Of a stretch of 64,000 bases of DNA, positions 25,985 to 38,900 are shown piece after piece. The notes beneath the pieces were generated by a model, which saw only the letters and a list, made by a program, of their open reading frames with translations, ran no database searches and was not told the origin of the DNA. Position numbers and translations under genes: made by a program. The DNA is taken from assembly GCA_950097015.1 (NCBI GenBank), contig CATNEN010000035.1, positions 682,001-746,000 on the forward strand. Reading direction: 5' to 3'. The DNA is from Macrostomum hystrix (taxonomy: Eukaryota > Animalia > Platyhelminthes). Numbering within the stretch: position 1 is the stretch's first letter; each line of letters opens with the position of its first letter.

Positions 25985-28513
25985 ATGTCATCTGATAACC
26001 TAAATGAAATGGTGTACGCGGATCGCTATGTACAATATGTCGCGCAAGGTGTTGGTTTTATCGCAGGAATTGGTAAGCAAAGCAAAATTGCCATTTTTAT
26101 TATATTTTTATGATATAAGGATCGTGCAATAATTTTCTTAATTTGGCGTGAATTTCTTTCAATTTTATGCTTACATTTTTTAGGGGAAAACTGGTATTCG
26201 AACCATTGAAAAAATAAACAATTAATGTGGCATCGAATTAATGAACAACAAATAGCCATTACGAAGTTACAAGCAGAATATGTTGCGTCATAGAGCCTAT
26301 AAAGTTTCAACTTCAGAAAATGTTTATTTTGATTTTGGAAACCGGTCACTTTTGGTTTTTATTTAAATTATGAATTCCAGTTAAAATATAACTTCATGGA
26401 AATCACTAACCCTCTTTGACCACTAGGCCTATGTCTAGCTTAGCGGATCCTAGACACTTCGTCATCTTACAACTTCGTCATCTTACAACTTCGTCATCTT
26501 ACAACTTCGTCATCTTACAACTTCGTTATCCACTTGGAAGGTAGGACACTTAGTCATCTACTAATCTAGGCCTACTAATAACAAGCAATCAAGTTCGTCA
26601 TCAATAAAGTGAGGGTGGGGTGTTGGGGCAGAGGTGTGAACACACTTCACACTCTAAATTGTCAAAAAGAGGTGTCAAAACTGATTTTATTATAAGAGTT
26701 GAAAGATAGGTGCCAACACGATGGGAGGAGGGGTGGGGAGGGGTCAGTGGCATAGTGAGGGGGTATCAGTGTATCGGTCAATACCCGAAATTTAATGTCT
26801 CAAATTTTTTCGCATTCCATTTCTTCGAAGGAGATGAATTAATTGTTTTTTTTCTGGATATGCTGGATAGATCCAAAACCAATATCCCCAAAAAATCCTG
26901 GCTACACCCCTGGGAGGGGTGGTTCTGTTCTAACTTTGAAAACTTTTGTTTTATAGATGACAAAGTGTCCACAAGTCTAAGTCTCTTCGTCATCCACCCT
27001 CTGAGATATTGGACAGATCGTCATCTGGATGACGAAGTGTCCAGGTACCTAGCTTAGCTAACCATGTTTTTATAGCTATTTTCTAAATTCCTAGACTTAC
27101 AGATATTTAGCTAGCATATTGAATATGAATTATGGCTCATTTACTTTTTATAATTTACCTATTCTTACTTACCACTGTGCTATATGTATACCATGCTTAG
27201 TATTTTTCAGTCAACATCTGAGAAGCTCACCAATACTGAGAAATATGACACTTTTGGTTATATAGCCATAGGCCCTATGCATTCAGTTACTGTGGTAGCA
27301 AATAGCAAGTGTCTGTGCAAGACACAATTTCAATATCTTTGGCTATTCTCAAAGAATCAATATTTACTTATTATATATCCAGTCCTTTTTATTATCTAAT
27401 AAAGATTTTGCATTAAAACTTTCAGATTTTTTTCTTGTGGCCTTTACCAATTTACTTAGACAAACATAGAGACAGACAAGGTTTTTATCATAATATAGCA
27501 TATTATCATAATATAATTTTTTTTGTTATGAGAATAATTATTGTTAATATATTTTATTGCAGTTGCATTGGGCTTAGGAATTCTCAACTGTCTCATTCTC
27601 AAGTCAACTTGCTTTGCTGCTGCAGTTGTTCTTTGGTAATTAATATTGTTCAGATCTTTATTGGTTTATTTCATTTAAAGTTTAAATGAGGCCTTGATAA
27701 TCTCAATGGGCAGTTTGTTTTTTTCAGCTTAATTGGCTCAATTATGATTATCCTAGAGGCTCCATTGTGTTGGATTGGCTTGACATGCACAAACAGGATC
27801 TATGAATTCTCGCAGCGCATCTCCTACTTACTGAGGGCTATAGTCTACTTTGTGTGAGTGGGTTGAAGCTTAATTCAGTAAAATTGTAACCATGCTAGCT
27901 GAACCATGCTAAACTTAATGCTTGAGATTTTTGGATTATCAAAGATTGATATTTGTAGATTATCTAAGAATTATTTTATGGATTTATATACTTTTGCCAC
28001 TTCATCTATGTAAAATGAATTGCTATCTTTGTATCTAATAGAAAACTAGTAGAAGATGGAGTTCCAGCTAACTCACCCACACACAAATACCAGCTCGGCT
28101 GTCATTCCGCTGCTGCTCTGCCTGCTGTCGCCTACTGTGTGGCTTGGTGGCGCTCCTGTGGCCACATGCGGTATTCTGTATGGTGTGCGTGCCTTCCGTA
28201 TCAAACAGTGAGTGCTTAGTCTTCATACTAGGTTTGGATTCAGGTTTTAGAGGTCTGGAGTTCGACCCTCAGCCCATGTCCAAGACACTTAATTCCTTAT
28301 TGTCTCAATCCAACTCTTTATAGAAGACCTTCCATGAAATTCCTGTTTTAGTGTACCAGCTTAGCAGCTTTGCAACCGCATTTATCTCTGCATTATCTCG
28401 GTCTTCAGTATCTGGGAATAAAAATCCTATGGCTTTGCAGATGCGAGCGTGGCGCAGCGACATTGGCTGAGGAGCCCAGCCCAAAGAGCAACCTGGTTGG
28501 AAATAACAAATAA
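25985..28513 (+). CDS. CACFD1: Flower / calcium channel flower domain protein homolog, 157 aa; exons 25985-26072, 27563-27635, 27728-27853, 28094-28207, 28441-28513
   Basis: Five phase-compatible exons give MSSDNLNEMVYADRYVQYVAQGVGFIAGIVALGLGILNCLILKSTCFAAAVVLCLIGSIMIILEAPLCW...LRAIVYFVSAVIPLLL...WLGG...GILYGVRAF...NNK*. The GLFNC-, EAPxC-, RAxxY- and GxLYG-type motifs and 3-4 hydrophobic segments match the Flower family. Confidence 0.8.
26445..27049. mobile_element. Non-autonomous element with 9-bp TSD (Mutator/MULE- or Merlin-like) in Flower intron 1
   Basis: TSD TAGCTTAGC at 26436-26444 and 27050-27058. TIR GGATCCTAGACACTTCGTCATC / GATGACGAAGTGTCCAGGTACC. Subterminal 16-nt unit CTTCGTCATCTTACAA, ~5 copies. 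Confidence 0.85.
28235..28330 (+). mobile_element. Degenerate SINE family B head in Flower intron 4
   Basis: GGAGTTCGACCCTC followed by CAAGACACTTAA, as in the 56830 copy. Confidence 0.5.
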
Positions 28514-29219
28514 TACCGACTTTTAATGTTCTCAGATGATTTGAGAACTTTAGTTTTTTAGTTGTATGTTGTCATTTTAATTTTGATTGAAATTATCAAA
28601 ACAAAGAGTACATTTTTACTGTTTGTCCGATTTTTTCTAGTCTAGTCCTGTGAGGCTTTTGTTTGTCTTCCTGTGTCGCTGTATTGCTGTTGTTACATTT
28701 TTGTGGACTTAAAAAATTTCTGACGTTTTTTGGTCTAATGGAAGAATCTGAGAATTTTGTAACGTTTTTTATAGTTTTTCTAGTAATTATCCTTACAGGC
28801 TACTTTAAGTAAGCGATCTCTTGTCGTTCGTACTTCGTACGTAGTCGTTTTCTTTGAAGCTCCAATCCTAGCTTTTATTGTTTTAAATGATGCTTTACAA
28901 ATTTTTATCCCTGTATTTTGGGATCATTCTGAAATACTTAGAAACACTTATTAAAAAACACGTGTTTTTGTTCGTTATGTTGCTATGGTTTACAAAAATA
29001 AACACAACATTTTTTTGTTTTTTAACCTTTCTTTATTAATCCATCTTTTCCTGCTATTTGTCTTCTGGCATCAAAAATTGTTTGGGACTTTGACTTCCTC
29101 CTTTATTTTGTTTATTTAATTTTACTTTCCATTTTAATTCTTGAGTTCGTCATTGAACAACATTATATTGTACATTCTATAACTATTGCAAGTATGAATA
29201 GTAAATTTTCAAGTGTATT

Positions 29220-29910
29220 CAAGCCTATTCTCCCAGTCTGTATGAGCCTGTTCTCCCAGTCTGTATGAGCCTGTTCTCCAAGTCTGTATGAGCCTATTCT
29301 CCCAGTCTGTATGAGCCTGTTCTCCCAGTCTGTATGAGCCTATTCTCCCAGTCTGTATGAGCCTATTGTCCCAGTCTGTATTGAGCCTATTCTCCCAGTC
29401 TGTATGAGCCTGTTCTCCCAGTCTGTATGAGCCTATTGTCCCCAGTCTGTATGAGCCTATTGTCCCAGTCTGTATGAGCCTATTGTCCCCCAGTCTGTAT
29501 GAGCCTATTGTCCCCAGTCTGTATGAGCCTATTGTCCCAGTCTGTATGAGCCTATTGTCCCCAGTCTGTATGAGCCTATTGTCCCCAGTCTGTATGAGCC
29601 TATTGTCCCCAGTCTGTATGAGCCTATTGTCCCAGTCTGTATGAGCCTATTGTCCCCAGTCTGTATGAGCCTATTGTCCCCAGTCTGTATGAGCCTATTG
29701 TCCCAGTCTGTATGAGCCTATTGTCCCCAGTCTGTATGAGCCTATTGTCCCAGTCTGTATGAGCCTATTGTCCCCAGTCTGTATGAGCCTATTGTCCCCA
29801 GTCTGTATGAGCCTATTGTCCCCAGTCTGTATGAGCCTATTGTCCCCAGTCTGTATGAGCCTATTGTCCCCAGTCTGTATGAGCCTATTCTCCCAGTCTG
29901 TATGAGCCTA
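29220..29910. repeat. Minisatellite, 22-24-nt unit (GAGCCTATTGTCCCCAGTCTGTAT, ~29 copies) upstream of the TRAPPC11 ATG
   Basis: Direct inspection. Confidence 0.95.
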
Positions 29911-29984
29911 GTTTCCCTGTCTTTATCATTTATCTTTATCGTGAAAATTGTAATTAATTGTCCACGGATTTTTTAGCGCGCACA

Positions 29985-32900
29985 ATGTCCTGGGCCTCCT
30001 ACTTTCCCGAGCAGCTAACAGAGAAACCTGTGGGATTAGTGGCCCTCACTGGCCTAGATGTGGAGAGAAATCCCAGCCACAAGGCCATACTAGACACCTT
30101 TAGTCAGCACCGCAAGCCTGACCGGCTGCCGTTGCGTTTCGTTCGTCACTCGGTTGATCACGAATATCCAAAGTGCAAGACTAAGCGCACCTCCTACGAG
30201 TGGTATGTTCCAAAGGTAATTGACATTCATTTATGCTACTTTTTTTCCGAGTAGTACGAAATACTTTTTACCTACAAGTGTTTTTCGATTGCTACTAATT
30301 CACTACTGTTTTGCCCCCATTGTGTCTGCTATCTAGTGAGTTCTACCCGCTAGTGTCCTCTACCCACCTAATGTCCTCTACCCACCTAGTGTCCTCTACC
30401 CACCTAGTGTCCTCTACCCACCTAGTGTCCTCTACCCGCCTAGTGTCCTCTACCCACCTAGTGTCCTCTACCCGCTAGTGTCCTCTACCCACCTAGTGTC
30501 CTCTACCCACCTAGTGTCCTCTACCCGCCTAGTGTCCTCTACCCACCTAGTGTCCTCTACCCACCTAGTGTCCTCTACCCGCCTAGTGTCCTCTACCCAC
30601 CTAGTGTCCTCTACCCACCTAGTGTCCTCTACCCACCTAGTGTCCTCTACCCGCTAGTGTCCTCTACCCACCTAGTGTCCTCTACCCACCTAATGTCCTC
30701 TACCCACCTAGTGTCCTCTACCCACCTAGTGTCCTCTACCCACCTAGTGTCCTCTACCCGCCTAGTGCCCTCTACCCACCTAGTGTCCTCTACCCACCTA
30801 GTGTCCTCTACCCGCCTAGTGTCCTCTACCCACCTAGTGTCCTCTACCCACCTAATGTCCTCTACCCACCTAGTGTCCTCTACCCACCTAGTGTCCTCTA
30901 CCCACCTAGTGTCCTCTACCCGCCTAGTGTCCTCTACCCACCTAGTGTCCTCTACCCACCTAGTGTCCTCTACCCGCTTGTGACATCTACTCCTTAGTTT
31001 CCTCTTCCCCCTTAGTGTCAGAGTGTCTTCTATCCCCCTAGTGTCAAAGTGTCTTCTACCCCCCTTAGTGTCAGAGTGTCTTCTACCCCCTTAGTATCCA
31101 AGTATGTTCTACCCTCTCGTGTTCAATCGTCTTCTACCCCAAGCGTCCAATTGTCTACTACCCATTAGTTATCTCAGGTTGAGAACAACTCATAACAAAA
31201 ATCTTTGGCCTCGCCAACTCCTTCGCCAACAGGGCATCCTGAAGTGCGGTTGGCTGCGCAAGCACCTGTCTCTGGTGCCCTCCCTAGTGGTGGTGTTCTT
31301 CGACCTTGACTGGGACGATCCGCAGTTTCGCGAGAAGCAGATTGAGTGCGCCTCCCGGGTGCGGGTGGTGCGCGAGTGCCTGGCGGGCCGCCTGACCAGC
31401 GTGGCTGTTGTCCTGCTGCAGCGGAAGCCGGCCCTGCCCCTAGAAGAAGATCTCAGCGCTAAGGAGCGGGCTCCCAGCCTGTGCTCGGCCTGCGATCTGA
31501 ATCCCAATCACCTGTTTGTGCTGGTGCAGACTGAGCACCTGTACGGCTATATTATCAGACTGGAGAGCGCCTTCTTTGACCTGTCGCAGGGCTATTATCA
31601 TCAGGAGGCAAGGAGGGTGAGTTGCTTTTCAGTCCATCTTCTTCCAATTTTTGTTTAGAGGTTTAGAGGTTACAGACTATTCAGGCTCAATAATTGGTAT
31701 TTGATTTAGATCGAAAAAATATCGATTTGTAGTCTGGTTTTCACCCAAAGTGATTCTTTACGTTTAAAATATCGATTTATACTAGGGATACCCCGTAGTG
31801 GATACCTGACCAGACCGTTTATCTAACCAGATAGGATATCTAATCAGACAAGATATCTAACCAGACAGGATATCTAATCAGATAGGATATCTAATCAGAC
31901 AGGATATCTAATCAGACAGGATATCGAATCAGACAGGATATCTAATCAGACAGGATATCTAATCAGACAGGATATCTAATCAGACAGGATATCTAATCAG
32001 ATAGGATATCTAATCAGACAGGATATCTAATCAGACAGGATATCTAATCAGACAGGATATCGAATCAGACAGGATATCGAATCAGACAGGATATCTAATC
32101 AGACAGGATATCTAATCAGACAGGATATCTAATCAGACAGGATATCTAATCAGATAGGATATCTAGCGGGGCAGATATAACCAGACATGATATCTATAGC
32201 TATAGTTTTTGGTAGTATTATACATATTGTACGGACGTTTCTCTTATGCTTTTCCTATCTCAGTTCGACTAAACAAGCATTTCTTTGTTTTATGTAAGAG
32301 TTTATTTTCTTACATTTCTACTTTTGTTAGCAGTCTAGATTGAATATCCTTAATATTTTTTTGTTTATGTGAGTTTTTATATTCCTACTTTTCTACTTTT
32401 GTCAGCAGTCCAGATTGAATATCCTTAATATTTTTTTGTTTATGTGAGTTTTTATATTCCTACTTTTCTACTTTTGTCAGTAGTCTAGATTGGATATCAT
32501 AAATATCTTAAAGACTTTCAAATTTATCAGAAGCGTTTTAAATTTTTTGTTTTATTCAATTCGACTCAATTAATTGTAGCTTGGACTGAAATCAATAAAT
32601 CAATCAATCAACTTCTCTATCTCTATGCAAACACAATTTCATTTACTATCAGTGCATCATGAGATAATTACTAATAATTATATTTTCAGGTAAAGAGTCA
32701 TCGCGACAATCTCAACAAGATTTCTCATCAGTTGCTCTTTGTTCGTCATCAATTCAAGATTGCATTCTACAATGAGCTCAAGCAGGTAGGGCTGGATTTG
32801 AAATTCAGGTGAATTCAAAGAAATTAATAGTTTGGTACGTATTTACAATGGAACTAAAACCACGTCTTCAGGACCAGACAGCGGCGCTGAAGCACTACAA

Positions 32901-35900
32901 GGAGTGCTATACACACATCCTCGATCTGCGCCTGCACGAGAAGCACGTGCTAGAGACCAAAGTGATAGCTGGCTTTGTCAATTATAAGATCTGCAAGCTG
33001 CTGTTTCAAAAGAATGCCATGGACGCTATTAAACAGTTTAAAGCGTTCACCGACTACTTCAAAGATAGGGTCGGCATGATGGAGCTGGCGTTTGAGCACT
33101 ACTCCTGGTTGTCTAAACAGTTAGTATCTTCGCATTTTCTCTATTCTGCTTTGGTTTTTTAGGTTCTGTTGCATTCGGTTTTACCAGTAGAACTACCAAG
33201 GGGGGTATTCCCCCATGAAGATTTTTTGCTGCACCCGAGCGGAGCAACGCAAGAACACGGGCCATCTTATGAAACAAGAATCCAGTCCCCAGCTCTTCAG
33301 ACCGTCCAGATATTCAATGGTTTTAGCCGAAGGTCTGATTTATCCCGTAAGCGCTAGTGTATTTCATACACCCCAATACACGATTAGCACTGCGCCTCAG
33401 TGCGGCCTTGCCAGGCTTTCAAATTTTATCAGCATGTCATCTCCGACTTCGGTGGTCACCTAACTTTATCTAGACGGACTGCTGGACCTTCAAGGGCTAC
33501 AATGGGTGGAACTAGGCCACTATGGACACCCTGGCACCCTGGAATTTCTTTAATTTCACTGATCAAGCCTAAATATTAGGCGCAGCTCAACCACAGGACA
33601 CCATCGCCTAGTCTGTCAACCAATCAGTCACCACCCAACGCTGTTAGCATTCGGGCGCTGCCAAAAAAGTTCGGGGGCCTTGGTATAAAAATGGCTTGGT
33701 AGTCCTACTGTTAATGCAGTAATAATGTAGTAATAAGTGAAGTAAACAAAATCTTGCGCACACAATTAAATGACGCTTGGTAAGCGTCCGTCAGAACCAA
33801 TATGCAAGATTTTTTATATTTCTTAAAGCAAAAGGTATACATTTACTTATTTACAGTGATTTTTATAAAATAGGCAATTCATATAAGTTTTGTGAAATAA
33901 CTTCTTCTTTGATCATCCTTGTCGCGTAGTATGCAGTCTAAAAAAGTAAATATGTTTAAAATTCATATGCTTATACGTTTGACTGTAAGAATCGTGTTAT
34001 ATATCAGTCCTGCAAAAAACTAACTTACAATGCTTCGTTGGGTTGTCCCGTATTCAACTGGTTAAATTCCGACGATGCCGTGATGGCACTGGATGTTGTC
34101 GCCGTGCCGGATTCTTCACTCTTGAACTGCTCTGGCATGCCTGGCGGGCTGGTCTCCTCTGTTGGCATAGTTATTTATGAAATAAAATTAATGTCAAAAA
34201 CTTTAATTTCTGTATAATTTCTGTAATTTCTGTATAACCGAGGAAAAAACTATTACGAGCAGAACTGTATACACTGAAATACATTGAATTTATTCCGCTC
34301 ATTCCCTCATCTCGTCTGTCCGTTTCTGTCGGAATCGGATTGGCCATGTCGGAATCGGATTGGCCATCCCTCCCCACCTCCACACCTCCCCCCCCGTCTT
34401 TCATGCAAGGCCATGGCATTACACTATATGGGAATTCCATAGTGTACGTTAGTGTACGTGCGAGCATGGACACAGCAGACATCATGTCTTCAAGGCCACT
34501 AGAGGCTACGAGGTACAGATCATTCATGGAGTCTGATATTACGAGAACTGAATGATCTCGTAAAAGAAGAAGTAAGAGAGTAGAAGTCTCATGGATGGAC
34601 TGACTGAATCTGACTGAATCTGAAAATGACTGACTGACTCGACTGACAGATTTAACTGAATCTGATAGACTACCGAGTCTGAATGGACCTCGTAGAAGCA
34701 GAAGTGTGTGCAAAAGTTCTGTAAAATTAAAGGTGCAGTAATTTGCATGCGATTATTTTGCTAGACAACTGAAGTGGTAAAAATGAAAATTTAACTCTAT
34801 TATTATTACTTTAGTAATACTATTACTTCGATTGTTACTCGTATTATTACTCTATTTAAACTCTAAAAAATAAAAGAATTAAATAGCTTAAGTTTAAAGT
34901 GAAAATTTAACTTTGTGAAAATTTACGACGATCTAAAAAAAGTCCGAGCCTTAGGGGTATAGGTAATTAAAAAAAAGTTTTCTACATCATTTGTTCATGC
35001 TAGTACTCGTAAATTATAAAGTATAACGACCTTAAAAAATAATGTATTTCAATTTTTCTATAATCAATTACATTTTAATCATATGAAATACATAAAAACA
35101 ACTTAACTTTGTACTCTTCTTTACAATTATCATGGCTATTTTCAATCGCTACTCAAATCTACTCAGAAACGAGATGTTCGGCGAGCTATTCAACGAAGCT
35201 GTGAAGCTGGGCCTCAGCGCTGTTCAGATGCAGCATCCGGGGATCTATTTCCAGGAGGCCGCCAGGCACGCCATTATGCGAAAGACTCACAGCCAGAAGC
35301 TCTGCCGGGTGAGTTCCACTGCTCTTATTGCGAGTCTGATAGAACTGAATGATCTGGGTGGAGTCTGATTGCGAACTAGAGCGGTCTGAGACAATAGAGC
35401 GGGATGAACTTCAGAACTTCAGAACTGAATAATCTGAGTGGAGTCTGATAGAACTGAATAATCTGAGTGGAGTCTGATAGAACTGAATGATCTGAGTGGA
35501 GTCTGATGGAACTGAATGATCTGAATGGAGTCTGATAGAACTGAATGATCTGGGTGGAGTCTGATTGCGAACTGAATAGAGCGGGATGAACTTCAGAACT
35601 TCAGAACTGAATAATCTGAGTGGAGTCTGATAGAACTGAATAATCTGAGTGGAGTCTGATAGAACTGAATGATCTGAGTGGAGTCTGATGGAACTGAATG
35701 ATCTGGGATGGAGTCTGATGGAACTGAATGATCTGGGATGGAGTCTGATAGAACTGAATGATCTGGGATGGAGTCTGATAGAACTGAATGATCTGAATGG
35801 AGTCTGATAGAACTGAATGATCTGGGATGGAGTCTGATAGAACTGAATAATCTGAGTGGAGTCTGATAGAACTGAATGATCTGAGTGGAGTCTGATAGAA

Positions 35901-38900
35901 CTGAATGATCTGAGTGGAGTCTGATAGAACTGAATGATCTGAATGGAGTCTGATAGAACTGAATGATCTGGGATGGAGTCTGATGGAACTGAATGATCTG
36001 GGATGAAGTCTGATAGAACTGAATGATCTGGGATGGAGTCTGATAGAACTGAATGATCTGGGATGGAGTCTGATGGAACTGAATGATCTGGGATGGAGTC
36101 TGATAGAACTGAATGATCTGGGATGGAGTCTGATGGAACTGAATGATCTGAGTGTAGTCTGATAGAACTGAATGATCTGGGATGGAGTCTGATAGAACTG
36201 AATGATCTGGGATAGAGTCTGATAGAACTGAATGATCTGAGTGGAGTCTGATAGAACTGAATGATCTGGGATAGAGTCTAATGGAACTGAATGATCTGGG
36301 ATAGAGTCTGATAGAACTGAATGATCTGGGATGGAGTCTGATAGAACTGAATGATCTGAATGGAGTCTGATAGAACTGAATGATCTGGGATGGAGTCTGA
36401 TAGAACTGAATAATCTGAGTGGAGTCTGATAGAACTGAATGATCTGAGTGGAGTCTGATAGAACTGAATGATCTGAGTGGAGTCTGATAGAACTGAATGA
36501 TCTGAATGGAGTCTGATAGAACTGAATGATCTGGGATGGAGTCTGATGGAACTGAATGATCTGGGATGAAGTCTGATAGAACTGAATGATCTGGGATGGA
36601 GTCTGATAGAACTGAATGATCTGGGATGGAGTCTGATGGAACTGAATGATCTGGGATGGAGTCTGATAGAACTGAATGATCTGGGATGGAGTCTGATGGA
36701 ACTGAATGATCTGAGTGTAGTCTGATAGAACTGAATGATCTGGGATGGAGTCTGATAGAACTGAATGATCTGGGATAGAGTCTGATAGAACTGAATGATC
36801 TGAGTGGAGTCTGATAGAACTGAATGATCTGGGATAGAGTCTAATGGAACTGAATGATCTGGGATAGAGTCTGATAGAACTGAATGATCTGTGATAGAGT
36901 CTAATAGAACTGAATGATCTGTGATAGAGTCTAATGGAACTGAATGATCTGGGATAGAGTCTGATAGAACTGAATGATCTGTGATAGAGTCTAATGGAAC
37001 TGAATGATCTGGGATAGAGTCTGATAGAACTGAATGATCTGTGATAGAGTCTAATAGAACTGAATGATCTGTGATAGAGTCTAATGGAACTGAATGATCT
37101 GGGATAGAGTCTGATAGAACTGAATGATCTGTGATAGAGTCTAATGGAACTGAATGATCTGAGTGGAGTCTAATGGAACTGAATGATCTGAGTGGAGTCT
37201 AATGGAACTGAATGATCTGAGTGGAGTCTAATGGAACTGAATGATCTGAGTGGAGTCTAATGGAACTGAATGATCTGAGTGGAGTCTAATGGAACTGAAT
37301 GATCTGAGTGGAGTCTGATCGAACTGAATGATCTGGGCTGGAGTCTGATAGAAATATAGAAACATAAAAATATAGAATTAGAAAACCCATTTAACACTGC
37401 AGTTCTATAAATAGACGGTGATAAATGCGCGCATTAAACTGCATTCGCAACCCCTCCTCCGTCACACTGTCTCTCCCAGTTCGTGGACCTGAGCGACCGG
37501 CCCAACCCTCTAGCCGATTTGAACAATCTGGACTTCTACGGCCAGCGGCCCTGGCGCCAGGGCAATCAGTCGTTTGATCCGCCCGACTATGGCAAAGAGC
37601 GCGACGGCATTCAAGCGCTGCAGAACGAGGAGCTCAAAGTGGACCTGTCGGTGAGTGTTAGACCATGATAATAATAAATAATCATTAGTTACTCCGATCC
37701 GAATTGGGCCGAATAGGCACGCATCTGAGGGCTGCGTACGACTGTTCAGTCCATGGACTGGAGGGACGCCACACCCACCCTCAATAACTACAGCTGATGC
37801 TGGTACCCATTTAACCGCTGATTGAACTGAAGCAATGCAAGTTGTTCTAGTGAAGTCTAGAATCGAACCCGACGCTCTAGTCAGACACTCTAATTACTAG
37901 GCAACATTCCTTCTTCATATTTTTTATAAATTGTGCATTAAACGACAGGATTTAACCATATAATGGTTAACGGCCAACGGGTTTAACCATAGAATAATAT
38001 ACCTTTTCAACTTCGGATTCGTCAAAAGTGACTTCGAATTCGTCAGCCTATATAAAACTATAGAGCGCTCAAGGGAATGAGAAGGGTGTCTATGGTAATT
38101 TCTTTCGAGAAAGTGACTTCGAATTCGTCAAAGTAAGTGAAATTCGTCAGTGCAACCAGTATATATTGTCAATCGTGAAGTAAAACAGCAACTAAACAAA
38201 CAAAACAGGAAAACAGACGCACAAAATCACGCTTTAAAGTCGCTTGAACAGGTTAACACGCTGTAGTCAGTCCAAAATTTCTCCGTGTGCCAGACACCGC
38301 GGTCCGTACCGAAGTGTGAATTCGTGCCATTGTCGGCATTTCTCCTCCGTGATCGCAACCATCGCAGCTTCCACTTCTCGACTCAAAATGCGAAGACGCC
38401 GGTTCTGAAGTGTCTCACCTGCTGCTACAGCCGCCTGACGATCATGCACTTCAAAGACAACTTCAGGGTCGGTCATGCGCCGTTTCAGGGCCGCCTTCAT
38501 GCAAGAAATTGCCATTTCAGTGGCGTTCAAGAAAGGCGAGTAAGGTGGAAGAAACTGAAGCCTTTGGTCAGGGCGCCCAAAATTCACGACTCCATGTGCC
38601 CTGGCGTTGTCAGCAAGTACCGTGAACTCGTCATCAACAAGGGTCCCGACTTCAATCATAAACTCACGAAACCTCTCTGCTGTAAAGCCACCAACAAAGA
38701 TGCGGTGGTGGACCAGGCCCAACTGTGGGCTAACAGCAAGTGCTACCGTCAGATTTTGCCCACGCTGCGAATTCGCAATCATTACTGCGCGGTTGCCAAA
38801 ATCCGCCCATCCTTTAGTTCGTGCCGTCCATAGGTTGCACCCACACTCATCTACGTAGATTAAATTCCTTACAAACAGTCCAGTTTCTAGCATCCAGGTC

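Noticed and set aside
33750-33815. Hairpin AAAATCTTGC...GACGCTT/AAGCGTC...GCAAGATTTT as a miRNA precursor
   Set aside because: The large internal mismatch leaves no continuous ~22-bp stem.
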